From positions 1-64,000 of the IMG/VR virus record IMGVR_UViG_3300035704_000393: a stretch of DNA of 64,000 bases; one strand, 5' to 3'. Below, one piece after another: positions 20,213 to 31,500 of the stretch. Numbering within the stretch: the stretch's first letter is position 1; every line of letters begins with the position of its first letter. The translations under genes and the position numbers were made by a program. The notes under the pieces are model-generated. The model made no database searches, was not told the origin of the DNA, and saw only the letters and a program-made list of their open reading frames with translations. Source of the stretch: a virus.

Positions 20213-20637
20213 CCAGGATGCAGCAGCACGCCCCGTACCCGGCCGACCTGGCCAGCCTGGTCGACGCGCTCGGGTACAAGCCGGACTGGCGGATCTGGCT
20301 GTCGGACATGGAACGCGACCCGGGCTGCGGCGGGCTGACCCTGGTCATCCAGCGGCACGGCCCCGACACCTACAACCCGGACCAGGCCATGCGGGTCAAC
20401 CACTACTTCCCGGTGCCCGCCGCGTCCTACAACCGGCGTTCCTGGCAGATGTGGCTGTTCCGCCGGTTCCTCGACGTCGAGCAGCACGAGGCCGCCGAGT
20501 TCTTCCAGATCGGCGGCCACCGCCCCTACGCGCCGGTCCACAAACCAGGCTGGGACCCCTACCTCGTGGCCGAACTAGCCACTGATGAGGAACGTCGGAC
20601 GTCGTACCTCGGCGAGCTACAGCCCGACAGTCCGTAA
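20209..20637 (+). CDS. Hypothetical phage protein
   Basis: GTGA overlap; YKPDW...EQHEAAEFF...PYAPVH. Confidence 0.7.
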   Translation: MTRMQQHAPYPADLASLVDALGYKPDWRIWLSDMERDPGCGGLTLVIQRHGPDTYNPDQAMRVNHYFPVPAASYNRRSWQMWLFRRFLDVEQHEAAEFFQIGGHRPYAPVHKPGWDPYLVAELATDEERRTSYLGELQPDSP

Positions 20638-20728
20638 ACCTGTTCGATAGACTGGGCAAAAGCGTCCCCGCACCTGCTGTAACAGGCCGGGGACCGGACG
20701 GAACCTACCGACGACTTGAGGTCCCGAC

Positions 20729-21235
20729 TTGCCCGATGCTACGCCTGGCCTATGCCAGTGCGGCTGCGGCCAGCCCGCGCCGATCGCCCCCCGCAACTAC
20801 CACGGCCGCGGCATCGTCAAGGGCCAGCCGTTCCGGTACATCCACGGGCACTCGGCCGGCTGGAAAGGCGATGACGTCGGCTACTACGCGCGGCACGCGT
20901 ACCTGCGCCGCCACTATCCCAAGACCGGGATCTGCGAGGAATGCCGCAACGAGGCCCGGACCGACTACGCCCTGATCCACGACCACCCGCCATCACGTAG
21001 CCGCGAAGACTACCGGGAGCTGTGCCGCGCCTGCCACAAGCAATACGACGGCGGCGGCGAGCGCAACTACCGGGCCAAGCTCACCGACGACGCGGTGAGA
21101 GACATCAGGCGCCGCGCGGCCACCGAGACAGTCTCGGCGCTAGCGCGTGAATACGACGTGGCCCGGTCGGCAATCCAGCGCGTCATTGACGGCCGCGGCT
21201 GGCGCCATCTGCTCTATCCGGAGGAACTAGGATGA
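20729..21235 (+). CDS. HNH-type homing endonuclease-like protein with N-terminal CxCGC and C-terminal HTH
   Basis: LCQCGCGQ...YIHGH; WKGDDVGY..RH; CEEC...LCRACH; AKLTDDAVRDIR...LAREYDV. Confidence 0.7.
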   Translation: MPDATPGLCQCGCGQPAPIAPRNYHGRGIVKGQPFRYIHGHSAGWKGDDVGYYARHAYLRRHYPKTGICEECRNEARTDYALIHDHPPSRSREDYRELCRACHKQYDGGGERNYRAKLTDDAVRDIRRRAATETVSALAREYDVARSAIQRVIDGRGWRHLLYPEELG

Positions 21236-21552
21236 CCGCTCAGGTCGAGCTGCCCGGCGTGGGCAAGGCAACGACGTGCGAAGCCTACGGGACCCACCGG
21301 CCGCAGCCTCTCCGGTTCGTTTGGCATCACGTCTTGCCGCAAGCATGCGGTGGTAAGACGGAACGTGACAACCTGGTATCTCTCTGCGACGGGTGTCACT
21401 ATTCCTGCCATGTCATCATGTGGTTGTTCGGCCACGGCGGCCTGCTCGGCGGGACCCCGCACGGCACCAAGGGGCAGCGGGCGATCGCCCAGCGCGGCTA
21501 CGACGAGGCGCTCGCCGCGGGCACCGCGGACAAGATCCCGAAGGAAGCCTGA
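21232..21552 (+). CDS. HNH endonuclease (possible packaging-associated)
   Basis: HHVLPQACGGKTERDNLVSLCDGCH. Confidence 0.8.
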   Translation: MTAQVELPGVGKATTCEAYGTHRPQPLRFVWHHVLPQACGGKTERDNLVSLCDGCHYSCHVIMWLFGHGGLLGGTPHGTKGQRAIAQRGYDEALAAGTADKIPKEA

Positions 21553-22445
21553 CCGGCCTGCACCGCAGGCCCGGCCCGGCCCGGCGGAAGATGCTATCTC
21601 GAAGTTCCGGGCCTCGGTCTCGGGACGTGCCCGTAGGAGCCAGAGGCGAGCGGCGCCACCAGGTAGCGTACCGCTTACGGCCCGTTACCGCCAGGGGCCG
21701 GGCGGCGCCACGCGAGCCAGGCCGGCAACCGCCCGCCGCGGGGCCGGCACGGCCCGGCCTGGTCCGAGCCGCCGCACACGAACCCCCGGTACTCGCAGCC
21801 GGTACCGGTGCGCAGCACGACGGCCCGGTAGCCGCACTGGCGGCCGGCCGGGCACGGGCTCCGCGCGCCGATCCGGGTGACCGCGGCTCCCTCGACCATG
21901 AGGAACTCCGGGCTCACGTCGGCCTTGGCAAGCTCAGCGCTCAGGTTCACGGGCGTCACGCTCCCGTCAACCCCCCCGAGATGTTGTGGGACTGCCGTAA
22001 ACCGTACTACGGCGCGGGGACGGCAGGCGTGACAACCGCGGGGTTTCGCGAGCCGGGCCGGCGGCGGGCCGGCAGGAAAGCCAGCCCGCCGCCGCACGGT
22101 TCCTCCGGGCCGACCTGCCGGGTCAGCCGTATAGGTGCGTGAACTCCGCGTCGTACTCGTGCATCGCCCGTCCTCCCATCTGGCCTGTCCGGCCCTGGCC
22201 GCCGGAGGCCGGGGCCGGACACCGGCACCGTAACAGCGCCAACCCGCGGCGGTCAACACGTCACCCTCCGTGACAGCCGTCGGTTCGCGATAACAGCCCG
22301 GGACCAGGCGCGGATGCAGGGTAAACCCAGGCCCGGGGCCGGCAGCGGCGCGGTGACACGCCAGCGAGCGGTGAAACTTGCATCGCCCGGCCCAGTGGAT
22401 TACGGTAACTGCGACCCTACCGCGCACAGAAGGTCACAGACCGTA

Positions 22446-23288
22446 ATGGCCGCCGAAAACTCGTCCGCCCGCCTGCTCGGCGCCGAGCTGCGCGGCTGGC
22501 GCGACCGCCGCGGCCTGACCGGCGATGCCGTCGCCGGCCGCCTCAGATGGTCCCCGTCCAAGGTCTCCCGCGGCGAGACAGCCACCACCCGGCTGATCCG
22601 CGCGGCCGACCTGGACAAGCTCATCGTCCTCTACCGGATACCGCCCGAGGACGCCGACCGGCTCCGCGGGCTGCGCGAAGCCGCCGCCGACGGCCTGGAC
22701 ATGACCGGCCCGGGCCAGGACCCCCGCATCGCCGAGCTGCTCATCTGGGCGCCCGACGTGTTCCCCTCTGCGTTCCGCACCGAGCTGTACGCCCGAGCCC
22801 TGATCCGGGCGATGCGCCGCATCCGCCGCTACACCCCGTCCGAGATCAAGGCGGAGATCACCGCCGACCGCGACCTGCAAGCCCGGCTCCGCGGCGACCG
22901 GGCCGCGGACAACGACGGCGACCCGCTGCCCCGGCTGCCCGTGACCTGCGTCCTGGACGAAGCCGTGCTGACCCGCCGCCGCGGCGCCACCTCGGTCATG
23001 GAAGGCCAGCTCGGCCGGCTCGAAGAGATGGCCCGCCTCGGCGGCGTGGAGATCCACGTCCTGCCGCTGGAGGCAGACGGCCCCACCAGTGCCCCGTTCG
23101 CCCTGCACGGCTACGACGACGAATCCGCCGATACCGTCCTGCTCACCAGCCCGTCCGGGACCGAGTACGTCACCGACGAGAAAGCCGTCACCAGTTACCG
23201 GTTCCTGCACGAGGACCTGGTAGGCGCCGCCGCCGACGTCGAAGAGACACTCGCCATCATCAAGCAGGCGAGAGGCCGGTGGGAATGA
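22446..23288 (+). CDS. XRE-family HTH plus DUF5753-type actinobacterial regulator
   Basis: LGAELRGWR..RGLT...VA..L.WS.SKVSR.E; C-terminal VLDEAVL.R..G...VM..QL..L. Confidence 0.85.
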   Translation: MAAENSSARLLGAELRGWRDRRGLTGDAVAGRLRWSPSKVSRGETATTRLIRAADLDKLIVLYRIPPEDADRLRGLREAAADGLDMTGPGQDPRIAELLIWAPDVFPSAFRTELYARALIRAMRRIRRYTPSEIKAEITADRDLQARLRGDRAADNDGDPLPRLPVTCVLDEAVLTRRRGATSVMEGQLGRLEEMARLGGVEIHVLPLEADGPTSAPFALHGYDDESADTVLLTSPSGTEYVTDEKAVTSYRFLHEDLVGAAADVEETLAIIKQARGRWE

Positions 23289-23944
23289 CCCCGATCGTCA
23301 CCGAGATCCGCGAAGGCGCCGTGATCACCGGCTGGGAAGTAATCCGCACCGGGCTGCGCCAGAGCGGCCAGCCCGCGGCCCGGTGCCGCTGCCCGGAATG
23401 CCAGGCCCAGCGGGTCATCCGGACCAGCACCCTGCGCGGCGGAGGCACCCGCCCCTGCCGGCACCGCAAGCCCGGCCGGGCGGCCCGCCGCGGCCTCGTC
23501 CGGCCGCCGCTGGGACGACCCGGCCCGTCCCGAATCCACGCCTGGGCCACCCAGCACGCCGCCGGCCGGACCTTCACCACCGCCGAAGCCGCCTCCGCAC
23601 TGGACATGAGCCGGCCCGCCGCCGCCCAGCACATCGGCGACCTGATCGAGGCCGGACACCTCGTCACCGTCCGGTACGCCTGCTACGCGCTGCCCGGCGC
23701 CGGCCCGTTCCCGCCGGCAGACCAGGCCGACCGGGAGAAGATCACCCTGTTCCTCGCCGCCGACGGCGGCGGCGCGTTCGCAGAGATCCGCGCCGCCACC
23801 GGGTACAGCTCCAGCCAGCTGACCGCCCTGCTCACGAAGATGGCCGACGACAGGCAGGTGATCCGCCTCGATGAGGGCCGCGGCGGGTTCTACCTGCTGC
23901 CCGGCCAGGAACCCGGCCAGGTCCTCGACATGCCCGGGACATGA
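23285..23944 (+). CDS. DNA-binding protein: NUMOD-like N-terminus and two winged-helix domains
   Basis: ATGA overlap; CRCPEC; FTTAEAASALDMSRPAAAQHIGDLIEAG; second wHTH EIRAATGYSSSQLTALL. Confidence 0.6.
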   Translation: MTPIVTEIREGAVITGWEVIRTGLRQSGQPAARCRCPECQAQRVIRTSTLRGGGTRPCRHRKPGRAARRGLVRPPLGRPGPSRIHAWATQHAAGRTFTTAEAASALDMSRPAAAQHIGDLIEAGHLVTVRYACYALPGAGPFPPADQADREKITLFLAADGGGAFAEIRAATGYSSSQLTALLTKMADDRQVIRLDEGRGGFYLLPGQEPGQVLDMPGT

Positions 23945-24162
23945 AACCGCCGCCGACCGGTCCCGAACCCGAGCCGCTCCGCGGGCTGGCCGGGTTCCTC
24001 GGCCTGATGTTCGCGATGTGGGCGTTCGTCGTCGCCGCGACCCTCGCCGGCACCCACCACCTGTGGCCCGTCATGGGCGTCTGCGCCGCCGGGGCGGCCT
24101 GGTCACCGTTCGCCATGTACCAGCACGCCCGCCGCACCGACTCCCGCAACCCTCCCGGGTAA
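23941..24162 (+). CDS. Small two-TM membrane protein
   Basis: ATGA overlap; hydrophobic segments. Confidence 0.55.
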   Translation: MKPPPTGPEPEPLRGLAGFLGLMFAMWAFVVAATLAGTHHLWPVMGVCAAGAAWSPFAMYQHARRTDSRNPPG

Positions 24163-25513
24163 CGCGCGAGCCGCCCTGATCATGTCGACGCACCACGCCC
24201 CCGACACCCGGCCGATCCGCCCGCAGCCCCGGCACTGCCACGCGTCCAGCTCGACCGCGAGGTCGCCCACCCCGTCACAGCCCGGGTGGGCCACGCCGAT
24301 CGCGGCCTGACCCGGCCCCGGGTAGACGGCACCGCCCGGCGGGATGACCAGCTCGCACTCGTCCCCGCCGATCGGGTCCGTGAACGCGTGCCGCGCCTCA
24401 GCCACCCTCGGGCTCGGGCTCGGGGTCGTGCTCCAGCGCGCCGACCGGAATCCCGAACACCACCGGCCCGTGCGGCTGCTCGTACACCGGAACGTGCCCC
24501 GTGGTCAGCTCCAGCGTCCCGGCCTCGACCCAGAACCGCTCGCCCGCCTCGATGTCCCGCGGCCGGACCCCCGGCGCCGGCGTGTTGAAGTCCCTGCCCA
24601 CCGGCCCGGACGTCCGCACCCTGGTGAAATCAGCCATCACGGCCACCCCTCCGGGCGGGCACCCTCGGCCCGCGCCGCCCGCAGCGTAACCCGGCCCCGG
24701 CCCGGCCGTCCGCCGTTTCCCGCGATAGCACCTCCCGCCGCCGTCCAGCAGCGCCAGGGCCAGCAGGATCAGCCCGATAACCACGGTCGCCGCGGTGACG
24801 ATGACCACCTGGCCCACCGTGTCGCCCCACCACCGGTCGCCGTAGCTCACCGCCGCGACCGCCTGAGCAGCTCCGCGGCCAGCACCACGATCAGCAGCGG
24901 CAAGCAGACCAGCGCCCCGGCTGCGAACCCGGCGGCCAGCATGAACAGCGAATCGGTCACCAGGCCCTCACCTGGCCGTAGACAATCAGCTGGAGCACGG
25001 CCAGCGCCGCCGCGAACAGTACCGCGGCGACCACCAGGATGGCCAGCTCGATCAGCCGCATCCGCCACCACCGGCTCACGGCCCGGCCCCGCTGAAACTC
25101 CAGCCGCGGTTCAGCGCGTACGGGTACGGGCAGTCGTCGCCGTGGCCGCACCCCTGGATCTGCCGCCGCCACTCCGCCCGGGCCGCGACCGCCGCCGCGG
25201 GCCGCGGACCGTCTGGCATCCCCGGCAGCGCCTGCTCGAAGTCGAGCACCACCAGCTCCGGCGGACCCGGATACTCGTCCGGGTCGTAGTACTCGTGCAG
25301 CTCCCCGAACGGCCCGCCGGTCAGCACGCAGTGCACGTACGGCCGGCCGGGCCGCAGCGGCGGCCAGAACCGGGGCCGCCGCGCCCCGTGCGCGTTGACC
25401 CCGCCGGCGCCCTGCTCGACGCAGGCCGCCCGGACCTGCCAGATGATCTCGCCGCGTGAGCCCAGCAGCTGCCACACCCCGGCGTCCCGGTCCAGGACCC
25501 ATCCCTTATCCAC
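24103..25513 (-). CDS. Antisense cassette 3: small coupled genes (25513-25076, 25079-24957, 24960-24847, 24850-24398, 24405-24103), three with single TM helices
   Basis: GTGA overlap chain; first GTG 6 nt downstream of TACGAT. Confidence 0.6.
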
Positions 25514-25541
25514 GGCGGCATCGTAGCGGAAGGAGGCGGTC

Positions 25542-28500
25542 ATGCCGGCCCGAACGCGGATGAACGGCGTGCCGACCACCCCCGTCGGCCGCCCCGATGT
25601 GGTCTGGGGGCTCCCCGGGCAAGGGGGATTGCTCACCGAATGGGCCGAGACAGTTCCGGATCTGACGTGGCCGGAATCAATCCGGACATACGGGAGAATG
25701 CGCCGGGACAGCAAAATAGCAGCCGTTCTCAGCGCATTCTTCATGCCCATTCTCCGCACAAACTGGGCGGTCGACCCGGAAGGCGTCACCAAGGCTAAGG
25801 CGGTCGACCTGGTAGCCGCGGACCTGGGCCTGCCCGTGCTCGGCCAGAAGGGGCCGCCGCCCGCGATGGCCACCGTGCCCGGGTTCCACTGGGGCGAGCA
25901 CCTGCGGCTGGCGCTGCTGCACTACATCTACGGGTTTTTCCCCTTCGAGCGCTGGTACAACGCCAAGTCCAAGGACGGCCTGACCCATCTGGCCGGCCTG
26001 GACGAGCGGCTGCCGCACACCATCGCGCTGATCGACCTGGCCGACAACGGGCAGATCAAGTCGGTTACGCAGAACACCCAGCTGAACCCGCTTACCGCTA
26101 ACCGCCTTTTGTGGTACGTGAATGAGCGCGAAGGCGCGAACTGGGCGGGCGTGTCAATGCTCCGCGCGGCCTATACCCCGTGGGTTCTCAAGCACGAGAC
26201 AATGCGCGTTCATGCCACCAGCATCCGCCGGTGGGGAATGGGAATGCCGGTCGTCAAGGCGCCCCCCGGCGGCACCCCCGGCCAGGTCTCCCAGGCGCAG
26301 CAGCTCGCCTCGGGGATGCGGGCCGGGGACACCGCCGGCGTCGGCCTGCCCGACGGGTTCAGCGTCGAGATCGCCGGGATGACCGGCTCCGTGCCCGACG
26401 CGCTCGGGTTCCTGAACTACTGCGACCAGCAGATCGCCTCCGCGGCGCTGGCCGTCTTCCTGGAACTCGGCCTGTCCTCCGGCGGCGCCCGCGCCCTCGG
26501 CGACACGTTCCTGGACATGTTCCTGCTGTCGCTCCAGGCAGCCGCTGACGCGATCGCCGACACCATCTCGTACGGCGTGCCCGCCATGCCGGGCATCGCC
26601 CGGGCGCTGACCGACATCAACTTCGGCGAAGACGAGCCGTGCCCGCGGATCGTCGCGACCGACGTCGGCGACCGGCACGAGATCACCGCCACCGCGATCC
26701 AGCAGCTCGTCATGTGCGGCGCCGTCCAGCCCGACGACGGCCTGGAAGCGTTCATCCGGCAGGCGTGGGACTTCCCCGCCCGGACCACCCCGCGGACCCC
26801 CCCGGCACCGCCCAAGGCCCCCGGGGCGCCCGGCGGCCCGCCGAACCCGGCCGCGCCGTCCAGCCCGAATCCGGCCGCGCCCGGCCCGCAGCCCGGCGCG
26901 CCCCGGCCGCTCACCGGCCCGCCCGGCCGCCGCGGCGGGCAGCCCGCCACCGGCCCGGCCCGCTCTGCCGGCGGACCGACAGCAGCCGCCGGCGTGGAAG
27001 CAAGCGCCGGCGGCGGCCTGCGACGCCCTCTGACGGAGCTGGAGGCCGCCGCCGGGCTCGACCCCGAAGCCATGCGCGCCGACCTGGAAACCGCCACCAG
27101 CCGGGTACTCGGCCAGTGGGGGTCCGTGCTCCGCGCGCAGCGCGCCGACCTCGCCGACCAGGTAGCCGCCGCCGTCGATGACGGGCAGCTGCACCAGCTC
27201 GCCGCCCTCCAGGCCCCGTCCGGCGACGCCGCCGACGTGCTGTACCGGGCGATGGCCGCAGTCGCCGCCCGCGCCGCCGGCCGGATGGTCGCCGAAGCGG
27301 CCGGGCAGGGCGTCACCATCAACCTGGCCGACGTCGCCATCAACCACCCCCGGCTCCGGCAGCTCGCCACGGCCCGGGCCTTGATGGCCGGCCAGACGCT
27401 GGCCACCGCCGCGTCCCGCCGTGCCCTCCAGGTCGTCACCGCCACGGCAGGCACCGACGCCGCCCGCGAAGTCACCGCTGTCCTGGCCGGCCTGTCACCC
27501 AAGCCGCTGGCCGACCAGCTGACGGCCGCGATGCACTCCGCCGCCAACGAGGCCCGCTTCGCCGTGCTCGACGCCGGCCCCGGCGCCACCTACACCGCCA
27601 CCGAGCTGGCCGACGACCCGAACTGCTGCCAGCCCTGCCACGACGTCGACGGCCACCAGTTCGCCAGCCTCGCGGATGCGCGAGCGTCCTACGCCAACGG
27701 CGCCTACATCCACTGCCTCGGCGGGCTCCGCTGCCGCGGCACCGTCGTCGCGTCCTGGCCCGAGGAAGGCGGGCAGCCCGCCGAGCCCGGCTGGCCGCAC
27801 AACCTGACCCCGCCGCCCGACCTCACCATCGGCCCGGGCGTGGCCGCCGGGTTCGACCCCGGCGAGCGACGCGACCCGCACACCGGCCAGTGGACCGGAG
27901 AAGGCGGCAGCACGGCCCGCACCCTGACCCGCAAGGGCCACGGGAAGCTATCCGCCGTCGACCGGCTCGGCGCCATCCGCGCCGACGGCACCTTTGAGCC
28001 CATCACCGCCGCCGAAGGCGCCCGCGGCGACTCCCGGCCCGTGTCGATGGCGGAGTTCCAGCGGCTCGCCGCCGAAGGCCGCGAGAAGCTCGCCCGGTTC
28101 CGCGCCGAGTCCGCCGCACCCGCCGGCCTGGACGCCAAATGGGACACGATCAAGAACGACGCGTGGGCCGAGGTGCAGAAGCCCTGGGGCGGCGCCACCA
28201 TCGACGCGCACACCGGCGAGCCCCTCCAGACCGCCGCCGCGCGGTACGCGCTCACCGTCAAACCGGTCGACCTGGACCCGGTGTCGGTCCCGGAGAAGGC
28301 GTCCGAGGCCCAGTTCAAGGCCGCGATGGACGAAGCCCGGCGGCGGTTCGCCGACCAGCTCGCCGCCCGGCAGGCATACCTCGGCGTGTTCCACGACGAC
28401 GACCAGGGCCGCATCGACATCGACCCCACCCTCGTGGTCGACAACCTGCACGACGTCGAGACCATCGGCGCGTTCACCCACGCCATCGGCGGCGCGTACA

Positions 28501-31500
28501 ACTTCGCCGACGGCAACGGCTACTGGCCACCGCACGTCGCCGAGCAGGCCGGGCTCGCCCCGGCCGCCGCCGCCAAGGACGACGAGCAGGGCAAGCCGGT
28601 CCCGTTCAAGGGACCCGGCCAGTGGCGCACCCAGGCCGACAAGGCCCGCCGCGACGCCCTCAAACGGCTCCAGGAGCAAGGCGGCAGCGACGAGCACGCC
28701 GGGCCGGACACCACCACGGCCACCGCGGTCCGCATCGACGTCACCCTCAACCCCGGACACGACCTGCCGGACTGGCACCAGCCCGACCACGGCACCCTGG
28801 CCTCCGCCCAGGACGAAATCGGCAGGCTCCGCGACTGGCCGGGCGGCGGCGCGGCGATCCGCGAGGTGGTGGTCCGCCCAAAAGGTGAAGCCGCCCACGC
28901 GGCGGCCGACACCCCAGGCGGGGCCTGGACGGTCCGCTACGTCTTCGCCCGCTCCCGGCCGGCGTTCGACCCCCGCGAGGCCCGCGACACCGCCGGCCGG
29001 TGGACCAGCACCGGCCTCAAAGAGGCCCTCCGCCTGCCCGGCGCCCACCGCATCGACGCCGCCGACCAGCCCGGCCACGCCATCATCGCGTTCGGCGACC
29101 CGGCCACCGCCCGCCACGTGGTCACCTACGTGCCCGGCGTCGGCGACGACAAGGGCCTGCCCGGCGAGGCCCGCCGCGCGCTGGCCACCAGGCGCGCCGC
29201 CGACGCCGAACACAAGGGCGACTCGGCCGTCATCCTCTGGCAGGGCTACCACCGGCCCGGCAGCTTGCACGACGCACTGTCCAAGACCGACGCCCTCGGC
29301 GGCGCCCCCGGCCTGGCCGCCTTCGAGCAGCACCTACGGCAGATCAACCCGTCCGCACACCAGACGGTCATCGGCCACTCCTACGGGTCCGTCGTCGCCG
29401 GCGAAGCCGCCCGCCTGCACCACATGCGCCCCGACGACCTGGTATTCGTCGGCAGCCCCGGCACGACCGCCCGCACGGTCACCGACCTGGGTATGGACCC
29501 ACGGCACGTGTGGGCCGGGGCACACACCCAGGACCCCGTAGCCCGCCTCGCCCCGGTCCTGTCCGAGGACTTCCACGGCAGCCCCACCAGCCTGGACTAC
29601 GGCGCCCAGCCGTTCGCCGCCGACACACCCGGCCAGGAGTTCCCCGGCGTCTTCCACGGCGCCGCGCACTCGTCCTACTGGTCCGGCACGAGCCAGGCCC
29701 TGCCGAACATGGCGGCGATCGCCGCCGGAGACTACGGCAAGGTACTCCGCAAACGACCCGCCCCGGTCACTGTCTCGGCCAGCCACGCCGAAGCCGCCAC
29801 CCTAGTCACCGCCGCACTCCGCCAGGATGACGCCGCCCCTGTCGCGGCCGGCTCCGACTTCGACCTGAAGCACCCCCGCGGCTACCACGGCCGGTTCGGC
29901 CACGGCGTAGGACCGCCCCGCAAGACCCGCATCCCCGCCGGCCTGGACAGCGGCGACCGCAAGATGATCGCCGACCAGCTCACCGCCTGGGCCAAGGCAG
30001 AGAAGGACGACAGCCTCAAAACCGCCCTGGGCATGGTCGCCACGAGCTACGCGGACGGCGACTACCCCGGCGCCGCCTACCGCCTCCGCCTCGCCGCGGA
30101 CCGCGCCGCCCAGCTCGGTCGCCCCCTCGACCACGACCAGATGAACACCATCGCCGGGCTGATCGGCAAGCTCGGCACCGGCGGCGGCGGCGAAGGCTAC
30201 CCCGGCCAGCACCGAGACCAGATCAGCAGCCACTGGCGGGCCGAAACCGACCCCGAAGCCAAACAGCACCTCAACGTGGCCGGCGCCGCCTACGGCAACA
30301 ACCAGTACGACCAGGCCGCCGACGAACTCCGCGAGGCCGCCGGCCGCGTCGGCCCCCTCGGCCGCACCGCCGACCGGGACACCTACCTCGCCCTGGCCGA
30401 CGCGATCGAGCAAGAAGGCCAGGACAACGGCATCAGCCACGCCGCCCAGCTGCTCACAGCCATCGGCACCGAAACCGACGCCACCAACGTCGGAACCATC
30501 GCCGACCAGCTCAGCTACGCGCACCGCGTCATCGAAGCCGCCCACCAGGGCACCCGGTGGCGTTCCCAGGCCGCCGGGTACCTCCGCCAGGCCGCCGACC
30601 TCGCCCGCGCCACGGGAGACAGCCAGGCCGCCAACCGGTACGAGAACCTCGCCCACCGGGCAACACACCTGCCCGACGAGCAGGCACCCGGCGACCGCGA
30701 CGTCACGGCCCTGCTCGCCAGGGCCGCACCCGACGTCCCGGAGCTGCTCGGCGGCGGCGACCAGCGGTGGAACGGCCGGCTCGGCACGTTCACCAAGACC
30801 GACCAGCCCGACTACCTCGGGTTCACCTACCCCGACGGGCACATCGAGTTCCGCACCGACGTCGTAAACGGCCTGCTCGACGCCCAGGCCCACCCCGGCA
30901 AGGTAATGCCCGAACCCGACAACCTCGACGTCGTGCTCCACGAGCTGATCCACGACACCACCGGCGGTCGCACCGAGCAGGACAAGAAAGACTGGGCCGC
31001 GCTGCCCCCCGCCGAGCAGAACGCCCTGGGCGGCATCCACGAGATGGATCAGCACGACGACCCGTCCGGCCGCGGCAACCCGATCGCCCGCGCCCCCAGC
31101 CAGATCCAGCGGGTCCACCTGTGGATCACCAAGGCGCAACTCGACTCGCTCGTGTCCCGCGGGCTGATGGAGAAAACCGGCACCAGCAGCGGCGGCGGGG
31201 ACGGCTCGCTGGAGCCCGACATCCGGCTGGCAGGCAAAGCCCTCCGGATCATGCCCCATGCCGACAGCGCCGCCGACGGCGACGCTTACACCTCCGTGAC
31301 CGGCCACGACATCGAGGAAGGGTTCACCGAGCTGGGCTCCACCCAGCACATGGAGCAATTCGCCAAGGACCAGGGATTCGCCCAGGTGATGACCCCGCGG
31401 CTATCCGTCGCGCCGCTGGGCACCCCGCCCACCGAGAAGCAGGTCCTCGACGTCCAGGACGACCTGAAAACCCTGTACGACGACGCCGGGAAGGTCGGCG

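Noticed and set aside
21553-22445. Minus-strand ORF 21675-~21960 divergent from the XRE gene
   Set aside because: No recognisable motif (no HATPase signature) and atypical composition; not supportable
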